Shown: one piece after another, positions 1 through 7,513 of the stretch | Layout of the letters: every line of letters starts with the position of its first letter | How positions within the stretch are numbered: the stretch's first letter is position 1 | Source of the DNA: Nitratidesulfovibrio vulgaris str. Hildenborough | GTDB taxonomy: Bacteria > Desulfobacterota > Desulfovibrionia > Desulfovibrionales > Desulfovibrionaceae | NCBI RefSeq assembly: GCF_000195755.1 | Contig: NC_002937.3 | Location: 1,800,001-1,832,000 of the forward strand | Direction: 5' to 3' | DNA: 32,000 bases | Position numbers and translations under genes: made by a program | The notes under the pieces: model-generated | What the model saw: the letters and a program-made list of their open reading frames with translations, nothing else | What the model was told of the DNA's origin: nothing | Database searches by the model: none

Positions 1-259
1 GGGCCACGAGAATGGGGCGCACGATGACCTGCCACGCCAGCGCCACGCCGCACAGAAGCCCCACCACCGACCGCCACGAACGGACGAAGCCGATGACGCC
101 GCCTTGCGACGACTGCACTTCGGCGGTGTTGGTCGCCTGCTGGCCCATGAGCCGCTCGTGCTCCTGCTGCCGTTCGGCGCGGCGATTGGGCAGCATGTCG
201 GCCACACGGTCGACCACGCGGCCCGCAAACCCTCCGGTGAGAATGTCGAGCCAGCCCAT
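1..259 (-). CDS. 3-TM holin-like protein (phage/GTA type), C-terminally incomplete at the window edge
   Basis: Not in the ORF track because it runs off the window. Reverse-strand ATG at 259-257 overlaps (ATGA) the stop of the upstream gene. My translation is MGWLDILTGGFAGRVVDRVADMLPNRRAERQQEHERLMGQQATNTAEVQSSQGGVIGFVRSWRSVVGLLCGVALAWQVIVRPILVA. It has a glycine-rich N-terminus, a charged linker and a WR-x-hydrophobic helix, as in 3-TM holins. Confidence 0.5.
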   Translation of the reverse strand, partial: MGWLDILTGGFAGRVVDRVADMLPNRRAERQQEHERLMGQQATNTAEVQSSQGGVIGFVRSWRSVVGLLCGVALAWQVIVRPILVA

Positions 260-675
260 CACGCCCGCCCGAGGGCCATGTCGCAGCCCCGGCCCACCGT
301 CGCGGAGTCGTAGGGGTGCTGCCCGTTCTCGTGCCTGATGATGCAGGCCACCAGCGCAGGCAGCACACGTGCCACGTCCACGGCTTCGTCAGGTCGCACG
401 CCAAGCCTGTCGGCCACGTGCATGACGTAGGCGTCGGTGTCGTTCTCGGAAGGTGGTGCCCAGCGCGTGATGATCTGGCGTATGGTCTTGAGACCGTGCT
501 TGCGCTGGTAGTTCAGCAGAATGACGCCCATGGCACGGATGCCGTACTCAGGGGTCGAGAAGGTGCAGAAGTCGGGGTCTTGCTGCTCCGGCGTCAGTCC
601 CTTCCACGAGTCGCCGTGTCGGATGTTGCCGGGGTTGTTGTTCCTGATGCCTCTGGGGATTCGCTGGATGGCCAT
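259..675 (-). CDS. Phage-associated conserved protein (RNNNPGNIR-motif family, probable cell-wall/lysis role)
   Basis: ORF 259..861 trimmed to the internal ATG at 675, which is preceded by GGAG. Motifs: IRNNNPGNIRHGDSWKG, FCTFSTPEYGIRA, TIRQIITRWAPPSENDTDAY. Translationally coupled to the downstream holin. Confidence 0.5.
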   Translation of the reverse strand: MAIQRIPRGIRNNNPGNIRHGDSWKGLTPEQQDPDFCTFSTPEYGIRAMGVILLNYQRKHGLKTIRQIITRWAPPSENDTDAYVMHVADRLGVRPDEAVDVARVLPALVACIIRHENGQHPYDSATVGRGCDMALGRA

Positions 676-820
676 GCGCACTGCTCCGCGTTGTCCCCTC
701 CGGCGCGGGAGGCCGCCGCCCGGCCCACCCGGTAAGCGACCTCCCACGCACTGCCTTGGCGCATCTGAGGGGAGGACTCCGATACGCGAACACCCTACCC
801 CCGGCTTTTCTGCCAATCCG

Positions 821-862
821 TCAGGGGATAGGCAGGGCACGTCTGGGGATAGGCAGGGCACG
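821..862. repeat. Two tandem 21-bp direct repeats (tca/tct-GGGGATAGGCAGGGCACG)
   Basis: The 18-nt core is identical at 824-841 and 845-862. It sits in the divergent intergenic region between the lysis genes and higB, just upstream of a TTGACA at 874-879. Confidence 0.8.
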
Positions 863-945
863 CCTACAGCTACTTGACAGGGTTCGACCGACCGCCTAGT
901 TTAACGGATAACAGTAGATGCAAAACGGTAAACGCAGGACGGTAG

Positions 946-1224
946 ATGATAGCGTCATTCCGCTGTAAGGAGACCCGCAGCCTTTTCGACGGCGGCACGA
1001 GCCGTCGCTTTCAGGCGTTCTCCGCAGTGGCCCTGCGCAAGCTCGACATGCTCGATGCGGCGGTAAGCCTGGACGACCTGCGCATTCCCCCCGCGAACCG
1101 GCTCGAAGCCCTCAAGGGCGACAGGCAAGGGCAACACAGCATCCGCATCAACGACCAGTGGCGTGTGTGCTTTGTCTGGCGCGATGGCGCACCGCATGAC
1201 GTGGAAATCGTCGACTACCACTAG
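946..1224 (+). CDS. higB: Type II toxin HigB (plasmid maintenance system killer, RelE/ParE superfamily)
   Basis: 92 aa. FRCKETRSLFDG...RKLDMLDAA..LDDLRIPPANRLEALKGDRQGQHSIRINDQWRVCFVW...VEIVDYH is the classic HigB-like pattern. Directly followed by an antitoxin. Confidence 0.9.
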   Translation: MIASFRCKETRSLFDGGTSRRFQAFSAVALRKLDMLDAAVSLDDLRIPPANRLEALKGDRQGQHSIRINDQWRVCFVWRDGAPHDVEIVDYH

Positions 1225-1233
1225 GAGGCCCCC

Positions 1234-1539
1234 ATGCGCATTCGCACCCACCCGGGCGAAGTCCTGAACGAAGAGTTCCTCAAGCCGCTTGGCGTCACCG
1301 CCCATGCTCTGGCAGTGGCCCTTGGCGTACCGGCCACCCGCATCGCAGACATCGTGCACCAGCGGCGCGGCGTCTCTGCGGATACGGCAGCCCGCCTCGC
1401 GCGCTTCTTCGGCACCAGTGCGGCATTCTGGATGAACCTTCAGTCGGCCTATGACCTTTCCATCGTCGAGCGCGACAAGGGGGCCGACCTCTCGCACATC
1501 CGCCCGCACGCCAGCGTGGGCACTTCCCTCTCGTGCTGA
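1234..1539 (+). CDS. higA: Type II antitoxin HigA (XRE-type HTH)
   Basis: HPGEVLNEEFLKPLGVTAHALAVALGVPATRIADIVHQRRGVSADTAARLARFFGTSAAFWMNLQSAYDL. AGGAGG RBS at 1223-1228. 10-nt gap after higB. Confidence 0.9.
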   Translation: MRIRTHPGEVLNEEFLKPLGVTAHALAVALGVPATRIADIVHQRRGVSADTAARLARFFGTSAAFWMNLQSAYDLSIVERDKGADLSHIRPHASVGTSLSC

Positions 1540-1612
1540 GGCCTCTCTTCCACGCCCTCTGCTGACGCCTCGTGCTGGCGCTCCCGACGCCCGCCTTTCT
1601 CCCCGTTCCAAT

Positions 1613-1636
1613 GCCCCGTCTCCACGGGGCTTTTCT
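1613..1636 (+). terminator. Rho-independent terminator after higBA
   Basis: GCCCCGT-ctcc-ACGGGGC followed by TTTTCTTC. Confidence 0.65.
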
Positions 1637-1735
1637 TCACCCGCCCTCATCCCCCTAGATTTCCATTTTGCACGCAATACAGCGCAACAGTCTGAAATAA
1701 TTGAAATAAAACCGCAGAAAAATTGCTGAATAATT

Positions 1736-1759
1736 GCATATCACAACAGCTTGATATGC
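1736..1759. repeat. Perfect 8-bp inverted repeat GCATATCA-N8-TGATATGC in an AT-rich spacer
   Basis: Read directly. It lies in the ~600-nt gene-free gap 1540-2140 and is a possible protein-binding site. Confidence 0.6.
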
Positions 1760-1925
1760 TTGGCCCTCGTGCCTCTTTGTCACCCTTCAAGCGGTCGCGT
1801 CGTCCTTCCAGCCTCACGAGCGTGAACTTTCCGTGGAATGTGGCCCTCGCAGTCCCTGACCGCTACGCGCCTCCTGCCCCTTCACGCCGGGCACAACGCA
1901 TCCCCAGACTCACGCCACAAACACA

Positions 1926-1955
1926 AAACCATCCGCATGGCGGATGGTTTCTTTT
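1926..1955. terminator. Bidirectional terminator-like hairpin
   Basis: AAACCATCCGC-atg-GCGGATGGTTT (11-bp stem). Followed by CTTTTGG on + and by a T-rich tail (TTTTGTGTTTGT) on -. Confidence 0.55.
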
Positions 1956-2140
1956 GGCGAAGGCCTTCACCTTGACGGCGCACAGCCCATCTATATAGAA
2001 ATTCAACAAGCCAGAACGGCTTGAAATGATGAAAGACTGCCAGCCCTGTGCCCGAGCCTTCGCCTGCGATGCCGAGCTAGGCGTGGTCACGTCAACTCGC
2101 TGCGTTCCTTTGTGCTCACCTTCTTCTGAATGGGGCAGCC

Positions 2141-5100
2141 ATGTTCGAACTCACTGGCGAAGACATCTCCCGCCTGAACGACAAAGACCTCCGAACCCTT
2201 GTGGCCAAGCTTTGTGAGGCAGAGTTGCGGCGTGTCGGGCTTCCGGTATCAGCGCTGACAGCCGGAGGCGACCAGAACGCCCCGGATGGTGGCATTGATG
2301 TGCGAATAGCCCTCCCCCACCACGACAAGGCGACGGACTTCATCCCCAGACCAGACACGGGGTTTCAGGTCAAAGTCCCGGATATGCCGGAAGGCGCTAT
2401 CACCGCAGAGATGTGCCCCAAGGGTGTTCTCCGCCCTGTGATTCAGGAGTTGGCCCGCAAACACGGGGCATACGTCATCGTCAGTTCGCATGGATCAACA
2501 GCGGATGCGCCTCTTAGAAACCGCATTACTGCGATGCAGGATGCGGCCAAGAGCGTTCCTGCTTTGCCAGACCTCCACGTTGATTTTTATGACAGAAATC
2601 GTCTGGCGACTTGGGTCAATCAGTATGCTGGGGTCGCGGCGTGGGTGCAGAAGCAGCTTGGCAAGCCGATGTCGGGGTGGCAATCCTATGGCAACTGGTC
2701 CGGTCACCCCAACCAGATAGACACGGGCTACATATCCGACGCAACGTGCCGCATGTACGATACTCGAAGTGCAAAAGCGGGAAGCCTCACCGTTGAGACA
2801 GGCATAGCCCGTATTCGCGAAGTACTCGCCAATCCGGGCGGTGTTGTCCGTCTCATCGGCCTATCTGGGGTGGGCAAGACACGGCTTGTCGAAGCCCTGT
2901 TCGATGACAGGGTGTTGAAAAATGCACTTAGCCAAGCATGGGTTGTCTACACCGATATAGCACACGAACCCACCCCGCCTCCTCGCGACCGCATCCATCG
3001 CTTCATCCAAGAGCGTCAAAGAGCGATTGTAGTCGTGGATAACTGTCCGCCTGCTGCCCATCGGAACCTCGTTCAAGTCACTTCAGTCCCTGACAGCCCG
3101 GTAAGTCTACTCACCGTGGAGTACGATGTTGGAGAAGATGAACCTGAAGGAACCGAAGTCTTCCGTCTTGAGGCCGCATCCGAGGAAGTCATTGAGCAAC
3201 TTGTCGAGCGAGTCGCACCCGGTATATCCCAAGTAGACCGCCGCAGGATATCTGAATTCTCTGGCGGAAATGCGCGCATCGCACTCGCGTTGATCCGGAC
3301 GATCGACCGCCACGAAAGTGTAGCCCACCTTTCAGATAAGGATCTGTTTGAGCGTCTCTTTCATCAGCGCCATTCAGAAAGTGACACCCTGCTTCGTGCT
3401 GGCGAAGCATGTGCACTGGTCTACTCCTTCGATGGGGAAACAACGGAAGGTCCAGATGCCGAACTCCCCATTCTGGCTCAACTGGCCGACCTTTCCGTCA
3501 ACCAACTGCATCGACATGTCCAGGAACTCAAGAAACGGGAATTGATCCAGCAACGCAGCACATGGAGGGCATTGCTGCCACATGCCTTGGCGAACAAACT
3601 CGCTCAGAGCGCCCTTGAACACATCCCGCCAGCAACTCTCACAAAAGTCATGGTGGATACTGCCCCAGAGCGCTTGCTCCGATCCTTTTCCCGCAGGCTA
3701 GGCTACCTGCACAACTGCCACGAAGCACAACGCATCGTTGGCACATGGCTCGCTGAAGGCGGCCTCTTGGGAAACGTCGCCACCCTATCTCCTCTGCAAT
3801 GGGACATGTTTCACAACGTTGCGCCTGTGCTTCCTGAAGCAGCCTTGGCAGCCATGGAACGGGCCTTCGCATCTCATGACGCCCTCATGATAGTAGACCT
3901 TCACAACCCATACCGGCACGAATGGACATCCCTGCTTTCTAAGCTTGCCTTCGATGCCGCGTTATTTGACAGGGCTGCGGGTCTGCTTGCACGTTTTGTC
4001 ATTGCTGAACCGCAAGGGCACAACAATTCATCTAATGAGCAGTTCACGGGGCTTTTCAAACTCCACCTCTCCGGAACATATGCCTCTGTGCAACAGCGCT
4101 TACAGGTCGTCGACACCCTATTGCGTGCAACGAAAATCCGGACAAAACAGGTCGGTCTCGACGCGTTGAATTCTATGTTAGAGGCTTGGCACTTCTCTTC
4201 TATTTGTCTCTTCGAATTCGGTGCTCGCCCCCGTGACTTCGGTTGGCATCCAAAGAATTACAGTGAGGCCGCAGGCTGGTACCACGCCGTACTCAGTTTC
4301 ATCTCAGAGAGAATGGTCGCTGACGACAACCTTGCCGGTCAACTCGCTTCCATTGTAGCCAATCGTTTTCGTGGACTTTGGGTCAAGGCCCGTATGTACG
4401 ATGAACTTGAATCGTTGGCCACGAAACTAGCGGAAAAGGGAAGCTGGATAGAGGGGTGGGTTAGCATTCGAAGAACACTGAAATATCATGCCTCGAAAAT
4501 GCCAGAAGATACCCTGAAACGACTACAGCACCTCGAAGCAACGCTGCGACCGACGGAGTTGCTGGAGCAAGCCAGGGCCTATGTGTTGCTTCCACAATCC
4601 TTAGCATTCGACATCGTGGAAGCCGAAGGAGAGGATGGGGAAGAGTACGATTACGATGCGCTTCGAAAAGCCGATGATAGAGCTGAAGAGCTTGGGCGTA
4701 TAATCGCGTCAAGGCCTGAAGTCCTTGGCCAACTTCTCGTCGACCTCGTGCGGGGGCGCGAAGCCGGGCGACGTTGGCATTTCGGTGTTGGTCTCGCAAC
4801 AGCTTCAGCAGATATGGATGCGATGTGGCAAACCCTGACATCGGCTTTTAGGTCTGTTCCCGAACAAGAGCGAAACACATTTGTACTGCGGGGCTTCCTT
4901 GCCGGGGCGTCCCGCCATGCAGCCGACAAGGTCGCTGCATTTCTCGACGCCGCTGTCACCGACCCCGTACTTGGTCAACATTTCCTTTATCTACAGTGTG
5001 CCGTTACGATTGATGAGCAGGGACTCCAACGCCTATTTGAGGCACTACGAGTGAATCTCGCTCCTATCGAAACGTTCCGGTGTCTTCCGGAAAACATGAT

Positions 5101-5941
5101 GACCAACACGATATCCCCTACCAATCTCCAGCGATTCCTCCTTGAGTTAGCAGCACGTCCAGATGGAACGGTAATCGCCATCCATATTTGGAGTATGCAG
5201 TTCTGCATTCTGGATGGGAAAAAAAGGATCGTCACACCAGAGCTTATACGCTGCGGGCGTGACCTCCTCATGCGATACGACTTTAAAAATGTGAATACCC
5301 ATGACGAGTGCGATTTTGCAGCGATTTTTCGAGAATGTTTAACTGAAATCGACAGTGATACGTTTGTTCAAGCAATGTGCCACACACTCAATGAGGCAAT
5401 CTCTAATGAAGTGGAGTCTTCATACTACTATTCAGAAATAATTGAAGAACTTTTCATCACTTCACCATCGATTGCGCTGAACACATTCATGCTGCAAGGA
5501 AATGAAAAGATTGCAGAGATAGTTGTGCACTGCCGGTGGGAACATGACGCCTATCCTCTTGAGAAGGTGCCACTGAATACCTTGCTTGACTGGGCCAGTG
5601 AAGAGCCACAAGCGCGATTCCCTGCTATGGCATCCGCGACGCCTCTTTTTACGAACCCGCCTGACCAAGCCGCGAAACTTTCCCCCCTTGCTCTTAGCCT
5701 GATTGATGCCGCGCCAGACAAAGGCACCATGCTTGATTGTTTCCAGCGCAATTCAACCCCAGACAATTGGCTCAACCCCTTCGCTCCATCTCTGGACGAG
5801 TGCAGGGCAGCCCTAGCCCCGCTCATGAATCATCCCGAACCTGTTGTCGCCTCGCGTGCGCGTGAGTGGAGTCAAGAACTGGCAAGAGAGGCTGAACAGG
5901 AACGCTTACGGGAACGCAAGAGAGATGAGCGCTTCGAGTAG
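2141..5941 (+). CDS. Avs-like antiviral STAND NTPase with N-terminal Mrr-like PD-(D/E)xK nuclease domain and long helical C-terminal region
   Basis: 1266 aa. The N-terminus has D49-GGIDV ... GFQ76-V-K78 ... YVIVSSHG (Mrr-type D...(E/Q)xK core). Walker A is LIGLSGVGKTRLVEAL (aa 238-253) and Walker B is AIVVVDNCP (D300). About 900 aa of leucine-rich helical sequence follow, with an AT-rich tail. Confidence 0.65.
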   Translation: MFELTGEDISRLNDKDLRTLVAKLCEAELRRVGLPVSALTAGGDQNAPDGGIDVRIALPHHDKATDFIPRPDTGFQVKVPDMPEGAITAEMCPKGVLRPVIQELARKHGAYVIVSSHGSTADAPLRNRITAMQDAAKSVPALPDLHVDFYDRNRLATWVNQYAGVAAWVQKQLGKPMSGWQSYGNWSGHPNQIDTGYISDATCRMYDTRSAKAGSLTVETGIARIREVLANPGGVVRLIGLSGVGKTRLVEALFDDRVLKNALSQAWVVYTDIAHEPTPPPRDRIHRFIQERQRAIVVVDNCPPAAHRNLVQVTSVPDSPVSLLTVEYDVGEDEPEGTEVFRLEAASEEVIEQLVERVAPGISQVDRRRISEFSGGNARIALALIRTIDRHESVAHLSDKDLFERLFHQRHSESDTLLRAGEACALVYSFDGETTEGPDAELPILAQLADLSVNQLHRHVQELKKRELIQQRSTWRALLPHALANKLAQSALEHIPPATLTKVMVDTAPERLLRSFSRRLGYLHNCHEAQRIVGTWLAEGGLLGNVATLSPLQWDMFHNVAPVLPEAALAAMERAFASHDALMIVDLHNPYRHEWTSLLSKLAFDAALFDRAAGLLARFVIAEPQGHNNSSNEQFTGLFKLHLSGTYASVQQRLQVVDTLLRATKIRTKQVGLDALNSMLEAWHFSSICLFEFGARPRDFGWHPKNYSEAAGWYHAVLSFISERMVADDNLAGQLASIVANRFRGLWVKARMYDELESLATKLAEKGSWIEGWVSIRRTLKYHASKMPEDTLKRLQHLEATLRPTELLEQARAYVLLPQSLAFDIVEAEGEDGEEYDYDALRKADDRAEELGRIIASRPEVLGQLLVDLVRGREAGRRWHFGVGLATASADMDAMWQTLTSAFRSVPEQERNTFVLRGFLAGASRHAADKVAAFLDAAVTDPVLGQHFLYLQCAVTIDEQGLQRLFEALRVNLAPIETFRCLPENMMTNTISPTNLQRFLLELAARPDGTVIAIHIWSMQFCILDGKKRIVTPELIRCGRDLLMRYDFKNVNTHDECDFAAIFRECLTEIDSDTFVQAMCHTLNEAISNEVESSYYYSEIIEELFITSPSIALNTFMLQGNEKIAEIVVHCRWEHDAYPLEKVPLNTLLDWASEEPQARFPAMASATPLFTNPPDQAAKLSPLALSLIDAAPDKGTMLDCFQRNSTPDNWLNPFAPSLDECRAALAPLMNHPEPVVASRAREWSQELAREAEQERLRERKRDERFE

Positions 5942-5961
5942 GTTCCGGGCTATCCCGCAGG

Positions 5962-6105
5962 ATGCATAGGCATAGCCACTCCATGGGAGAGGTCAACGGT
6001 TTCATCCTTCACGTCACCTTCACCATGCGCGGCCAGACGTTCCGCATCATTTCCGCACGGCGCGCCAATGCTCGCGAAAGGAGGAGCTATGAAGAAAAAG
6101 CCTGA
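5962..6105 (+). pseudogene. brnT: 5'-truncated BrnT (DUF497) toxin remnant
   Basis: My frame-1 translation is ...GEVNGFILHVTFTMRGQTFRIISARRANARERRSYEEKA*. It matches only the C-terminal half of BrnT (vvyt.R....RiISAR.A...Er..Y). The frame is closed by a TGA at 5926-5928, inside the end of the Avs-like gene. It overlaps the brnA start as in intact brnTA. Confidence 0.55.
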
Positions 6106-6283
6106 TGAGACCTCCACCCGGCTTTCCCTGGCTGCACTGCGCAAGCAGTCCTCCCGCACCGACTGGCAGCGCGTTGCAGCCCTCACCGATGCAGAGATTA
6201 CCGCAGCCGCCGAAAGCGACCCCGACGCCCTCCCCCTCGACGACACCTTCTTCGATGTGGCGCGCCGTATGCCGCACGACTAG
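6089..6283 (+). CDS. brnA: BrnA-type antitoxin (DUF4415-like)
   Basis: MKKKPDETSTRLS...SRTDWQRVAALTDAEITAAAESDPDALPLDDTFFDVARRMP. AGGAGG RBS at 6079-6084, 4 nt before the ATG at 6089. Confidence 0.6.
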   Translation: MKKKPDETSTRLSLAALRKQSSRTDWQRVAALTDAEITAAAESDPDALPLDDTFFDVARRMPHD

Positions 6284-6317
6284 GCGGCACGAAGCCCCCC
6301 TCCCCCCAAAAACAGAA

Positions 6318-6342
6318 AGCCCCGCTCAAGCGGGGCTTCTTC
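6318..6342. terminator. Bidirectional terminator between brnA and the convergent HTH gene
   Basis: AGCCCCGC-tcaa-GCGGGGCT, flanked by AAAAACAGAA upstream and TCTTC downstream. Confidence 0.6.
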
Positions 6343-6389
6343 ATGACCGACACACGCGTTACCGTAAGCCTCACCGCCACACCGCCCGC

Positions 6390-6608
6390 CTACACCCCAA
6401 CTCCCGCAGCCACCCAGCGTTCAAGCTGCGTCGCCGTGGTCACGGGTCTACCGCCGATGTAGCGCACCGGAAGGGCCGCCTCGGTGATGAGCGGCTTCAG
6501 CACCTTGCGGGTCATGCCCGTGGCCTGTTCAATCTCTTCCCAACCCACCAGCCACACCCGTGGCAAGCGCGCCTCTCGTGCGTCGTGCGTCGCCGTCGTC
6601 TCATACAT
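6390..6608 (-). CDS. Small excisionase/AlpA-like HTH protein
   Basis: 72 aa. WEEIEQATGMTRKVLKPLITEAALPVRYIGGRPVTTATQLERWV resembles excisionase-family HTH. Its start lies 2 nt after the stop of the upstream gene. Confidence 0.5.
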   Translation of the reverse strand: MYETTATHDAREARLPRVWLVGWEEIEQATGMTRKVLKPLITEAALPVRYIGGRPVTTATQLERWVAAGVGV

Positions 6609-6610
6609 GG

Positions 6611-6808
6611 CTAGCCTTCCTCGATGCCCACGACCCGCGTCGCCTCGATGAACGCGCGCAACTGTTCGGCCTCCACGCGGTAAAGCGGCTTGCGCACCGT
6701 CCCCACGTTGCTGGCCACCAGTTGCCCGGTGCGGATGAGTGCCCGCACTCGCTTGGCGTCCAGCGCCAGTGCGCGCCCCACCTGCCTAACCGTGAGCATG
6801 GTCTCCAT
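6611..6808 (-). CDS. Excisionase-family HTH DNA-binding protein
   Basis: METMLTVRQVGRALALDAKRVRALIRTGQLVASNVGTVRKPLYRVEAEQLRAFIEA. This is the in-frame tail of track ORF 6611..7156. Its start (6808 or 6799) overlaps the recombinase stop at 6786-6788. Confidence 0.55.
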   Translation of the reverse strand: METMLTVRQVGRALALDAKRVRALIRTGQLVASNVGTVRKPLYRVEAEQLRAFIEATRVVGIEEG

Positions 6809-7430
6809 GCAGCACCTCCCCGATGTGCAGTACGGCGGCCCGCACCCTTTCGTTGCGGAACGCGAGATAGGCCGTGGTGCTCTTGGGGTCTGCGTGCCCC
6901 AGCGCCTTGACCACCTCGTAGAACGGGTCGACGGGTTCGCCCGACGCCACCCGCGCCAGCATGAACTCGTAGACCATGTTGGCGAAGGTCTTGCGCAGGG
7001 CATGGCACCCCACCTTGCCCACGATGCCCACCGACCCGAACGCCTCCTGCAGGATGCGCCACGCCGTCTCGCGGCGTATGGGCCGGTTGCGGGCGTTGCG
7101 CGACCGAAAGAGAAAGGTGTCCACATGCCACGACCCGGCAGCGTGCAGCGCGTCAATCTGCCGCCAAATGGCCTGACGCGCCACGGGCGCGAGATACACG
7201 GTGCGGCCCTCGCGCTTGCCCTTCATGGCCCTGCGCGGCACAGCCACCTCACGCACTACCAGCCTGCCGCGCACTACATCGCGAATGCGAAGCGACAGCA
7301 TCTCCGAGATGCGGAACCCCGCGTTCACGCCCAGCACGAACAGGCAGTGGTTGCGTACGGCGTGGTAGCCACCAAAGGCACGGGATGCCCGGCGCACCTC
7401 GTCCAGCGTCAGCGGTCGGCAGCCCTTCAT
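6786..7430 (-). CDS. Minimal tyrosine recombinase (catalytic domain only, 214 aa)
   Basis: NAGFRISEMLSLRIRDV (Arg I), HALRKTFANMVY (H-x-x-R), LGHADPKSTTAYL (His/Tyr region). There is no N-terminal core-binding domain. RBS-like AGGGGA lies upstream of the ATG at 7430. Confidence 0.75.
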   Translation of the reverse strand: MKGCRPLTLDEVRRASRAFGGYHAVRNHCLFVLGVNAGFRISEMLSLRIRDVVRGRLVVREVAVPRRAMKGKREGRTVYLAPVARQAIWRQIDALHAAGSWHVDTFLFRSRNARNRPIRRETAWRILQEAFGSVGIVGKVGCHALRKTFANMVYEFMLARVASGEPVDPFYEVVKALGHADPKSTTAYLAFRNERVRAAVLHIGEVLHGDHAHG

Positions 7431-7450
7431 GCGTTCCCCTGCTGCGATTC

Positions 7451-7479
7451 TTGACCCACAATATGCAAAAGACTATGAA
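7451..7479 (+). promoter_or_regulatory. Possible sigma70-type promoter for the Abi-like gene
   Basis: TTGACC (7451-7456), 17-nt spacer, TATGAA (7474-7479). About 35 nt upstream of the RBS AAGGAAG (7505-7511). Confidence 0.25.
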
Positions 7480-7513
7480 TCCTGTTCATTTTCATATCGC
7501 CTTCAAGGAAGTC

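Noticed and set aside
12-338. Track ORFs 12..338 (+) and 104..313 (+)
   Set aside because: They are antisense to the holin and lysis-protein frames. Their Arg/Pro/Ser-rich composition is typical of spurious frames in high-GC DNA, and they have no RBS.
821-862. CRISPR array
   Set aside because: Only two directly abutting 21-bp units, with no spacers and no cas genes. Treated as a tandem repeat or binding site.
955-1677. 240-aa ORF on the minus strand
   Set aside because: Fully antisense to the clearly recognisable higB/higA pair. Arg/Gly/Ala-rich junk translation.
6601-7454. Long overlapping ORFs 6601..7131 (-), 6611..7156 (-, full length) and 6690..7454 (+)
   Set aside because: They overlap the tyrosine-recombinase frame, which carries the catalytic motifs. 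Only the last 62-65 codons of 6611..7156 look like a real (HTH) protein.
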